A stretch of 64,000 bases of DNA from contig CAJINV010000007.1 of the NCBI GenBank assembly GCA_905178155.1, positions 3,267,151-3,331,150 of the forward strand. The letters run 5' to 3'. The position numbers and the translations under genes are program-made. Each line of letters begins with the position of its first letter. Within the stretch, counting starts at the first letter, position 1. Shown here piece after piece: positions 46,501 to 55,227 of the stretch. Source of the stretch: Amoebophrya sp. A120. Lineage: Eukaryota > Protista > Dinoflagellata. Below the pieces are notes generated by a model that did not search any database, was not told the DNA's origin, and saw only the letters and a list, made by a program, of their open reading frames with translations.

Positions 46501-48963
46501 TCATCACCTACCCATTACGAAGCACACCGAACGGTGCCCTCGCATCTGGTGCACACTACGGCAGTCGAGCGAAGTTTGTTGGACCACAGTCACGATAGCC
46601 ACGGTGCGCTCTCGGGAAGCGGCCAGCGCAGCGGGCGCGCGTCTTCATCCGGAAGAGACAGTCACAGTGGGAACAAGAAAGCTGCGAGTAAAACTTCTAG
46701 TTCGAAGATCGCAAAGGAAGTGCCAGCACCTCCAAAGCGCAGTACAACATCGCAAAGCAGTAAGGAGAGCCCGAATTATACCAGAACCAGCTCAACTACC
46801 CCGATTGATGTCGTGAAGCAAAACGCGACCGCGGTGACAGCTGCTGCTGCAACTCCCAAACCCGCTGCGATTTCGGATAAAATTAATGGCACTTCTACTG
46901 CCTCCAGGCCATTGCAGCAATCAAAAGGCGAGAGCTCGAAGGAGCTGGCGAGAAAGGGCAGTGCGGCACCAGGCAGAGCAGTACACGCGCACGGCATTAA
47001 CGGTAATGGCGTGCCGCCACTTCCGCTGGGTGACATGCGCACAAACTACGGAAAGAACAAAGCTCCTTCTACAACGACGCAAGGCCAGCCCTTGTTGGAC
47101 AGATCCGTCGACACGCCGCAGGGTGAAAAGCACGCAAAACAGAAAAGAGCTGCTGCCACCACTCCCACCCCTCCTTCCGATATTAGTGGAACGCCCCGGA
47201 CGAAAATAAAACCCTACTCAGAAGCGGACCTGGAAGAGGTAGACAAAATATTGAAGCGAAAAGTTGTCCACGTCGGTGGGGAAACGGACGTAAACAAAAA
47301 CCTGCACGAATTCGAGCAGAAACATCATTTCGCTGCGGTAGAAAAAGCTAAGCGCGATACCGTTGTGCGCAGCAGCATTGTTGGAAGAGGATCTTCCTCT
47401 GCTGGTGCATCCACGTCCACAATTAGTACGCCTGCTGTCCAGATGAAGCTCCTGAACAAAGCCCCCAGCACGACCGCAGCACAGCAGGCAAAGCCAATGC
47501 AAAGTGTCTCCGCTGGTGGTAGGTCGAGCGTCGCCTCCTCCGCCGCTTCTGGACGTGCAGCGGTTACGGATAAGGCAAGCAACCCTAAGCTGCCAGCTGC
47601 TAAGACAGCAACAGCAGGCAGAACCTCGTCTTCAGTAGCGGCACCTGCACAGTCTCCATCTGTCGGCGTCAAAATGAAAGCCGCGACCTCAAGCGCGACC
47701 GTGCTGTCAAAGGCGGCTATGACTCCTGTGGCTGGAACTGCAGGAAAAACAAGTACTAGCGGCATCGGGAGTAAAGCGCCAGCAGTGCAGCTACCCACTA
47801 CGTCTCAAACTGCGGCACAAGCATCAGTTACTCCTGCCAAGTCAATAAAGCCTGAGACTACGGCGAAACCTCCATCGGCGTCAGCAACTTCAAGACCACC
47901 TAGTGCGCCGGTCGGTGCTGCGACTTCCGCGAAGGCGACCTCTGTGACTGCGGATCGTTCGTCGAAAGCAGCCTCTGCACCGAGCAAGTCAGCTACCTCT
48001 GCGGCCAAGACAGCTGCAGCTTCAGGCACCTCCGCTTCTGGGAAGCTGGCGACTAGCTCTGCAGCAGCAAAACAAGCCGCGAACTCCAAAACGCCAGCCG
48101 CCAAGAATGGACCGGGTCCTCCTTCCGTTTCTAGACCTTCTTCGGCCAAGAGTGCCGTGCCATCGTCGGCAAAGAGTGTGCAACTGTTCATGACGGAACC
48201 CGAATCGGATCGGAGTTGCAGTAGCAATTTCACCCGCTCGTCGAGTTCTAGTACAACTTCTGCAGTAGTGAAGATGTCTTCACGAGGAGGACCTCATGAT
48301 GGTCCTCTTCGCGGCGATATTTTTGCAACTTATGCTGGTCCAACCGAAGAACGGGACCAAGTCGTTCTAGTAGATCTGTACGGGCAAAGAAAGAACAATC
48401 CGGACGACTGCGACACCGAAGGAGAATGGTCTGAGGAAATCTGCGAGTCCTGCCAAACCATGATACCCTGCTCATCTGTAGGTTGCGAGAATTTGCCCAC
48501 ACAGGAGGTGGACCATTATTTCGAAGACGAGGCGCAATACCTCTCCGATCCCGAGCCACGCGACCTTCTCCCTGCTCCGACAGCGCTGCTGCGTGACGAC
48601 AAGAGAAGCAGAGAGACAACCAGTTCTCACGTGGTCGTTCGACCCAACATCGAGTACGAGCAGGCCGACACGGGATTTCTCTCCCGGATCGACAACGACT
48701 GGAGCACTCTGGGGTTGCGGGAAAGCGCAATTGGCTCCAGGCACGCCGGACCGGGCGAGCGGATGACGGAGGCGCGAAACAAGAGGAGTGGGATGTTTGA
48801 GGTTGTTGACAGTGTGCTCGTCAAGGGGGATGAAAAGAACTGTAGTACCGTTAGCAATAGCACAAAGCGCCGCAAGAGCAGTCGCAGCCCAGCTGCTCGA
48901 TCTAGAATATCAGGTCAGTATGTGCGGGCGCCAGCGGCGGATCGTGATTTTTTTTCAAGTTGA
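40543..48963 (+). CDS. Very large (2806 aa) Ser/Thr/Ala-rich, probably disordered protein
   Basis: 8.4-kb uninterrupted ORF with no recognisable domain. Confidence 0.8.
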   Translation: MLASSRRKGRADRANDRRQAQRTRATTDRNSFQNNAAWQTQTQSTPDLQEQQPYLSNLALSLLYPNLLLPAQGQPEVVSAVQEEQGRRSGPSRNHHPATDLPQTSLTKAPVMMQKLPEQGESQSGSSSDQNDGNATSSTAYDTAQEDVDADPGGYIVRGPTSTTRNRSNKIKSEKMNKYKMSANDETSSDRRAASVLSPVRSRDQGRGRTSSNGVQVDRMSSTFSTSSILLEQAFVYNSDDVVRAFMELPATERDQLLQHPEHGLRIRQHMDVAGTPAGKNKKRGGFLPSEEDKILISNDEDYAGYGSLGLRVFSPRGRSDSPMAKTGNRATEEMLVQATAGMLREQGTKSDGAGRTKSRSPVPRVAHRKEVGARSSNQGNASPAPGVVGTSQRDQKDQPAALPENEKAHTGDREQQGPSQNVPGTAHRTSGNLTIERKTSLQSQQGATSQEQLPYGFLPAPAAAKANSISSRSEGRGAAAGASHLQKERRNNLGNADGQNNANDSLVAQTSPSKNEKPSTPATFAGNENPVSPDEADSKSVKEGRSAGTMTTESIVPLPGDTSDKSVYVVMKEDDLVRALTRVSSPSSTPAAVNDGIFTSSTIMIPGKNRYNALISRTTRKASTPATKGRAQTTTNLGGSRKMHSGPGAQPGRQELLRNAKASLDEDEEEKNAIPSYQEVEQQYLQRKMQPAPVVEPEFDTRVGGGSVLNLQTKPPAQPLFQAPHVPHAHVRSAATSPTPSPRAMMPSVMQKFDPSQRQGKTGAIERTLKASTATKSRAGDVAKKGSTAEELSKEAQRPGSVSESAPTRGEVLTSTGSTATKTEKPALASLMTRTTIAPRPQTQFVQAAPTMTSEMNVGSKATSSLVKSQETAVVTPSRISQQARSASTRSAPPTKRDRTSKEWRDERSASRALQGHEAPDVPLLPENYPQHLGFGLRFTRKQDLNTGGTTSSTIIGRAAGEEQSTAVLSKSTGVAFSSSLLQGKSFRTVVPDDYRNINDSIREWNLSKNVAQMQKNLPRSFTASKTTTSDGGGANYSQVDEDLVQVLSEYVQEIKNAYAAGETTSIKAGSTPAGAGDSSSGVPVVDLQPGDTEVDLDELVLANSTTAGAAGSKESTFSSRMFYFPKKRTFSNLTEKRTQDLYREKRELEEKLLKTVMRRVMMERTRAKVKQKKVEAEDHLQSDSRTIATRNLLSSRELFSRRATSSSRRPGVVERLERQKKMSNENSRSVVEDVSRRPKQRERTTYRAARDGDEQRASMNTRRKSRSSSPEEQTSSHDDLAKDYYHSPSRASRDERLTADMTVVSPKISRVLKTPHRWNSRFGVQNHRVSTGKLSTSVCPSSQKSSHKGEYNSSGRVQNYDGSLRDHLIDQYAKMRTSSKTRQNSSATDLGAFAQLSKAENTRPWSWQRVPRLSAAARNKDSADHAVDRESASAAEQRSSTPLALSDHDGFGQVLKLQHEEELRMGRSAGTSTLVEANTRTTRNMHSTSRESILAAERHSSTRRDSEQTVNNNNSMSKADLTQEPLVDRAKLTTQYSTSPPFSTKPRQSETVVPAKLSLHLPQDRDVVEIRYLDGNYPPSDDLYSEPSDMLFPSGREQEDTRTQHVLEPGTFRKEAVYAGERKRSAQESRGKTHDLEQVEHDENKKKSPTRHPSRLNSRQNTFSAPHKRSRFLSKKFDTHNELASQASLALAKHSTTEVNKSTFFRPPLVQLQPLPSTIQIPVLEDDESALEDQHNQLDDLDRDPRRTSQILADMHRKIEHLGSLVNFEEKTIKRLNTFHHSSAGSVGSLSMIWEQLDFAEDDEEGDQGENGRNGGTTKMPASRARNYRRLVQLRHSRSTADSELEAAGEDHQDDHEIVEGAHHDYTGSEEHQHHRSIPTEQHGHERPDHTHTTLSHSRASSLEHTTSQQPTVSHVPSKNGDVFDYTSEAEKRLALVGGSNRNQNHTTALSSKGNDFPSSKDQSSSKSSAGTQHERGHTTAVISSSPTHYEAHRTVPSHLVHTTAVERSLLDHSHDSHGALSGSGQRSGRASSSGRDSHSGNKKAASKTSSSKIAKEVPAPPKRSTTSQSSKESPNYTRTSSTTPIDVVKQNATAVTAAAATPKPAAISDKINGTSTASRPLQQSKGESSKELARKGSAAPGRAVHAHGINGNGVPPLPLGDMRTNYGKNKAPSTTTQGQPLLDRSVDTPQGEKHAKQKRAAATTPTPPSDISGTPRTKIKPYSEADLEEVDKILKRKVVHVGGETDVNKNLHEFEQKHHFAAVEKAKRDTVVRSSIVGRGSSSAGASTSTISTPAVQMKLLNKAPSTTAAQQAKPMQSVSAGGRSSVASSAASGRAAVTDKASNPKLPAAKTATAGRTSSSVAAPAQSPSVGVKMKAATSSATVLSKAAMTPVAGTAGKTSTSGIGSKAPAVQLPTTSQTAAQASVTPAKSIKPETTAKPPSASATSRPPSAPVGAATSAKATSVTADRSSKAASAPSKSATSAAKTAAASGTSASGKLATSSAAAKQAANSKTPAAKNGPGPPSVSRPSSAKSAVPSSAKSVQLFMTEPESDRSCSSNFTRSSSSSTTSAVVKMSSRGGPHDGPLRGDIFATYAGPTEERDQVVLVDLYGQRKNNPDDCDTEGEWSEEICESCQTMIPCSSVGCENLPTQEVDHYFEDEAQYLSDPEPRDLLPAPTALLRDDKRSRETTSSHVVVRPNIEYEQADTGFLSRIDNDWSTLGLRESAIGSRHAGPGERMTEARNKRSGMFEVVDSVLVKGDEKNCSTVSNSTKRRKSSRSPAARSRISGQYVRAPAADRDFFSS

Positions 48964-49433
48964 TCTTGATTTCCTCGAAACATGTTGCACTCTTTCACGA
49001 AAAACACAACCAAGCACCAATAAAGCCTGTCGATCGCAGCCACAGGTTCTGAAACGTGTACGATAGTTTTGCCTTTCGTGTTCGTGGTTTGAGGTCGTGG
49101 TTACATTGGATAAAAACATCGTTTCCTTATCGTTACAGGGCATTGACCCGAAGTCGACCAGAAGTGAGGGGTGGATTTAAAGTCGTATTTGTATTTGAAT
49201 CGATATCGAAATCGAAGTTCGTTGAAAGAGTACTACACCGAGTCGATGTTGATTCTCTCTGTAAAAGAAGACTCACCTCGTATTGCAACTTTCGCAATCG
49301 CAGCTTTTCAGTTTTCGGTGATTCGTGGATTTCAATTTTACCTATCGGAAGAACACGACACCCGACGGAATCCACAGGATAATTGCAACTAGAGTGTACA
49401 ACAAAAAAGTACCTGTTGATTCTTCTTTTCAAA

Positions 49434-49745
49434 ATGGGCGGCGATTCGATAAACGCTCAGACGCTGAGCAATCTCACCCCGGAGGAGTTCACGACGCCGA
49501 TGCTGTGCTATGTCGTGAAAAAAACCAGTTCTGCCGGCACCGAACCGCCTCCGGACGCCGACTGCAGCGCCTTTTCCGAGCCGGTTTTAGCGGTTACCGC
49601 CGTGGTGCAGCAGCTTTATCAGAGAGTGCGAAACATGAAATTTGATGGGCGGTCGGTGAATGTAGCCTGTTCGTCCTCGTCCCGCTCGAACGGAGCGGAG
49701 CGGGAAGGATCCTTTTTGAAGAAAAGACCAAATAACTTCTTCTGA
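49434..49745 (+). CDS. Small hypothetical protein
   Basis: AAA-ATG-G start context as in neighbouring genes; GC-rich coding-like stretch to TGA at 49745. Confidence 0.45.
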   Translation: MGGDSINAQTLSNLTPEEFTTPMLCYVVKKTSSAGTEPPPDADCSAFSEPVLAVTAVVQQLYQRVRNMKFDGRSVNVACSSSSRSNGAEREGSFLKKRPNNFF

Positions 49746-50363
49746 GATTCTTGTAAGGTGGAACTATGCTAAAGCTGAAGCTGTTGGACGTACGATGGAA
49801 AATGAAACCGCGTCTCATCTAGTTGTACTTATGATGTTTCGTGTCGTTATGCATGGTCAGTGAGGAAGAACCGGAACGAAAAGCAAGAATTATGCGAGCG
49901 ATCTTGTACACTTGCTCTTGCAGCGAAAGCGAAATCCGTATCCGGGTCGTACTGATCTGCCTTTATCGGTCGTATTTTACCAGGTCCACATTTTATCCCT
50001 CGTGGAATCAATCTTCAATTGCTGGCACTGTTGCGATTCGGGAAGCAAAAAAGAAAAACTCGCGTAACCTATGCATACTTCGTCGCACATACGAATCGTA
50101 ATGTAAATGTCGTCTGCTCCGGCTCTATCGTCATCGTGGCTCTCCGTCGTTGTCGTAACTACCAACCTAGCTGTGTCGGTCGAGGTCATCGCGAAATGTC
50201 TTATTCACATGAAATAAAAAGCGACAAGCATAGCGACAAGCATGTATACTCTCTACTCACCTTTGCTAGCTGTGCGGCCAGAGGGGGCGATGGTCTCCTG
50301 TTTACACGTGTTTTTTTTCTTGAAAGATTCGTATATTTAGTTAAGTAGAACGAACTCACCAAA

Positions 50364-53300
50364 ATGGCCCAGCAGCAGCAGCAGATTGAGTACGTGAAGC
50401 GTGAGCTTCGCGTACCGGCAAACACGCCACTGCCCCCCGTTCGCCAAACCACGGTGCAAAAGACGGATGAGCTGTTTCATCAGGGCGACATAATTGTGCT
50501 CGTACATAACCAGAAAACGACGAACGAGAAGGACTTGAAGCAGGCGTGGAATGACTTAATCCCTTACAACAAGTCAGTCCTCGTTTACCGGGTGGATGGG
50601 GAGCACACCGTAGCAGCGCCCGGTCCAGCGGACCGCCTCGGCCAGCTGCCCCAGCATGCGAACCACGCAAGAGGGCAGAAGGTTTTACCGCAGATGACGT
50701 TGGAGCCGGTGAGGTTGCCGGAGCAAAACGAAAACCTGAACTTTTTCCGCGAAACGCTACTGAAAAAGGGGGGAACTAGTAGTGCTGGAACATCAAGTGC
50801 GATGATGAAAATGGAGCAGGAGCACCAGGGAACAGCAGAGCAACTTACCACCGCGAGCGGAACCTCGTCATCTGGAGGCTCATCGTCTTCTAGCAGTGGC
50901 CCAGTTACCTCCTCCTCTAGTAGCTCGTCTTCTGGCGAAGAAAATCATGTGCAAGAAAATTCGAAAATGACAAAGGCATCTTCAACAACCTCTATCATGA
51001 AGAATTCCAGCCTTAAGCTCGCCGAAACCGACATGTACGAGCGGGAATTGAAGCCGAAACCGCGGGACGAAGTAACATTCAAAGTCCCCCGGCTGAATTC
51101 CGCCATGGCGGGGGGTAACAAAAATGCCGACTTATTTGCACCCTCTTCTAGTAGTAGTGCAACATCTACAACTTCAAGGCTTCCGCCGGGCGGCATGGTG
51201 GACGGCGGCGGTAGCTCCCTTGAAGAGTACTTGGCTGACCAGAAGACAATGAAGGGTAGAAATCCAAATCCGAAACGGGTTAGCTTTCCGGCGAACGAGG
51301 TCGAGCAGGAGTTCCGCTTCACGGGGTCCTCGCCGCTGACCACGGATATCAACCAACAGATGAGTCAGAATTTGACGGCGCAAGCCGTTTCGGGCAGCCC
51401 GATTCGGAGTATTCAAATGAACAAAAGGTATCCGCAGTTCCACAACGCAGATAGTACGAATTCTGCTGGTGGTGCAGCAGTTGTATCCACTGGGTCCTCG
51501 TCGGCGTCTATTAAGCCGGGTTCCCCGACAAAGCAGGAGGAAATCGAAAGGATCTGGACTGGTGCGGGATCTGCGGGGGGAGGTTCGTCTTCGAATCTCG
51601 GCATGAGTCCGAGCGAGGTGATGCTCTCGACCGCGTTCTCCCGGCCGCGGGTGCCAAAGTCGACAGTTTCGTCAAAACCCAGGATTGACCTGCCCACGCG
51701 GGAGGACGCGATGGCTGTCGGTACTGGTTTGTCTACTTTCGTATGCATGTTGACGTTCAAATCCGCTTATTGTTTGGTTTCGCTTGCCTAGATGATCGCT
51801 GTTCTTCTTTGTCGTGCATCAAAAATGCTGCCCGTGGTGTATAAGACTGAAACTGAAACACCCCATCTTCAGGTGAACTGCCTCCTCCCCTGCCTCCGCG
51901 GCACGTGACCCTTTATTCCCTGTCCGAAGAACTTCGCTCGCTTTCCTCCTCCGTGAAACTCCGACTTTCGCTGCTCCATCCCTCGCAGGGCGGGTTGGGT
52001 GGGGATATGAACCCCACGGAAAGCAGCGGGAGTGAAGATCAGTTCGAAACGCAGAATCCGCAGAACAGCCAGAACAAGAACACGAAGGAGTGCCAGATGC
52101 TGGACGAAAGAGCGCTGTTATTGCTTCGGCAAGCGGAGCAGAACCTCGCGCTGAGTGATTTCAGCAAGGAATTGCGGAAAATTTCCCCCGATCTCGAATC
52201 CATTCTACTCCAAACCAACGAACTGACCACGAGTAACAACAGGTTATCCACTTCCATCACGGAAAGGCTGGATTTCCAAAAACTGTTGAAGTTTGTGAAG
52301 AACTTGCAAAGCCGGAATCTCTACTTGGTCGACGAGTTCCAGAAGCAGGCGAACACGCTGCAGAAGCACTTGTTGCAGATTCTAGCCTCCACGCACCCGA
52401 AACGGCAGGCCGAGTTGGAAAGTCGGTGGAGGCAGAAGAACGCGCCGGTGGTAAAAACGACCGGGAGTCACGTGGACGTCGATATCGTTTCGCAACCGGA
52501 CAAGTTGTCCGTGCTCCAAACGCAACTGTTTGACGTGGTTGAGGTTCTGCACGAGTTAAACAACACGATCAACAACAGTCACCAAGCGATCTACGATATT
52601 TTGCCGGATCGCGAAAAGCGGAAGCTGTTCACGCATTTGCCCCCCTTCGACCGAAACGCGATTCTGCTATCCCCGTGGGAGTTGGCGGAACTGCAGAAAA
52701 CGGGAACCGTAGCCTTGAAAGACGCGAAGCACGTGTCGATCCAGTTGACCGCGCAGTTCCTGAACGCCTACTTGCAGAGAACCCATTTTGACGTCGCGCG
52801 GGATCTGGCTGGAGAACTCCCCGACGAGTTCGTCAGTCCCATCGACCGGGAGCTGTTGGCGAACGGGGATTTTTCCGTGTTGTCCAAAACGGTGCTGCCG
52901 ATGCTGAAGCAGAAAGCGGACCAGGGGGTGGAAATGGAGCGCTTGGTGTTGCACAGCGGGCTACTGAGCTCGAAGAAATCCAACTTGCTAGTTGACGCGA
53001 AACAATTGGAGAAAACAATCGAGAATCAAAACAGCAACAACAGCAATCCAGACGACTTCTACACGGCACAGAACAAGCAGCAGAAAGCGAAGCTCGTTTT
53101 GCGGCAAGCAGCTGAAGAAGCGCGGGAGACGCTGGCGGCGAGGGATCGGCTGGCGGCTTTGCTGGACGGGCCGGCACGGAGTATGATTGCGGAGGAGCAC
53201 GCGCCGGGCTTGCCTGCGGTCGTCGATGCGATAGAAACCGGGTTTAAAGGTATAAGTTTGTTTTGTTGTAGACTGTTGTATTCGTTTTTTACGTGCTTTG

Positions 53301-54500
53301 TCTGTGTCAGGTTTTGCAGGGGACAAATTATCACTGCCCGAACCTCGTCCAAACTACAGCCCACATTTCCGAGCTTGCGACTAACAAGGAAGAGAAAAAG
53401 GCGTTAATCGAGATGGGCGCGAAGAAGCAGCGGAAATTAGAGGAAGCCCTGCAGGAAAATAAGCAGCTGAAGGAGGAGCTGGAGCAGCAAATTAAACGGA
53501 ACGAAGCCCTCGAACAGGAGTTTGACAGCAAAGAGCAGTCCTACCGCCGACTTCTCGCTTCGGAACGGGCGGACAAGGCTACGGCGCTGGAACAGCTGCA
53601 ATTAGAAAGTATGAAGCACACGGAGCTGATATCCTATGTAAAAACGTCCCCACCCCATAGTCAAGATGGGAAATCTGCAACACAAATCGCCAATTTTTGG
53701 GAGTTCGACATGACAAGTTTCCATCTGCAGTGTAGTGCTGGACAGCAAGGACAGCCGCATGAGAAAGCCATTTACTCATGCTGTTTGCAGCATTACAAAT
53801 TCCAAAACACGACTGGAAATGCCTCTCAAGGAGATGCGCATTACAAATGTTCCTGTCATTGCACATTAGCATGACAACTCTAGTGTGGGGACGTTTTTAC
53901 ACACGATAGCTGAAGCAGAAGTCCGCGGCGTTGCTCGCGACCTTGGAAACCGCGAACCAGGATATGGAGCTCTCAAATGATACATTCTCAACTGTTACAT
54001 AAATTTGTAATGCAAGACTGGCAAAAGTGAAAGGAGGAAGATTGCGCCTTTTGCATTACAAGTTTGGCGCAGATTTAGATGCTGTTTAGCCCTTCCGAAA
54101 TTTGTCATGCGAAGCAGCTCGATCATCTGGATCTGCCGGCTGAAGGTGCTTTTGCATGACAAATTCATGGGACACCCACACAACTTCCGTCGCAGCCGTC
54201 CCAGTAGTTGCTGTGGAGGCTCTTCGGTAGAAATCGCACTGCCCAATAAATTCCGCTAGAGTTTACCGGGTATGCGGCTACTGTTTGTCGAAATAATTTA
54301 CATGGAGACGCCCTGCCCTTAGCCTTCCAACATGACAAATTCATGGGACAGCTGAGAGTGTAACGTTTGAGAACGCCATACAGGAGCTCACCGGGTTGCA
54401 CCGAAAAACGAGCGAGAAAATCAACGTGTGTGCGGATCTGCGGACGGCCCTGAGTGACTCGCTCTCCCACACGGTGGACACGCAACTGATCGAAAACTGA
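50364..54500 (+). CDS. Coiled-coil hypothetical protein with 2 canonical introns and 2 introners
   Basis: Exons approximately 50364-51721, 51873-53249, 53320-53629, 53914-53962 and 54386-54500. Introner removal yields HTEL-KQKSAALLATLETANQ-ELTGLHRK...LIEN*. Confidence 0.75.
53630..53908. mobile_element. Introner, 279 bp, TSD GCTGA
   Basis: TIR TATCCTATGTAAAAACGTCCCCAC / GTGGGGACGTTTTTACACACGATA. GCTGA at 53625-53629 and 53909-53913. Confidence 0.92.
53963..54380. mobile_element. Introner (family B, opposite orientation to 18269-18504), 418 bp including a nested 176-bp insertion, TSD CAGGA
   Basis: TIR TATGGAGCTCTCAAATGATACATTCTCAACTGT / ACAGCTGAGAGTGTAACGTTTGAGAACGCCATA. CAGGA at 53958-53962 and 54381-54385. 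Confidence 0.9.
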
Positions 54501-55227
54501 GGAGCCGGAGCGGGTGGGTCATGGTTTTCTTTGTTCGACCGACTAGAGCATTTACTTATAATATACTTTCATCATAGAGATGGAACTGTTCTGTAAGCTA
54601 ACGCTTCCAGAGCCCGTGTTACGAACAATGCAGCGCACCTATGATTTTGTGCTTTGGGAGTACGCGGAGGTGTAGTTTTTTCTGTACGGATTTTCAATTT
54701 CATTTTTGAGCTTACTGCAAGATTCATCTTTTTTGAACTAGCAAAAAAATATGCGGATTTTTCACGATGGCCTGCTGTAACTGTATCTATCCTCGTGAAA
54801 TACAAATAGTTGGAAAAGTAGCATAAATTAAGATTCTTGCATAAAATATTTGAGTTTGTTTTGTTGGCCATCAAGATGAGTGGTGGAAGTGAAGGTGACC
54901 TGTACCTAGTATGGAGAAATTTTTATGGAGCAGCATCGTTTTCTTTTTGTTTGAAGGACGTGGACGAGCAATGGATTCATAGATACTTCGTCTTCGACGA
55001 AAGAAGATAGGCGAATCTTCGAATGAGTCCGTCATTCATAAACGTGTGCTAAACTTTTGCTTTTGGAGTGCCCCCCGACGAGCCCGAGGATTAGGACATT
55101 TCCTCGCGGCGAGAGATGTAGAAATAACATTTGCGACAGAACGAGGAACAAGCAAGATGAAGATCGTATTGACAGTTGTGAGTCGTGGCCCGGATAAACA
55201 AAGTTTCAACGTAGAGCATCGAAAACC

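Noticed and set aside
40653-48875. Minus-strand and alternate-frame ORFs over the long genes
   Set aside because: Shadow ORFs of the + strand coding sequence with no motifs.
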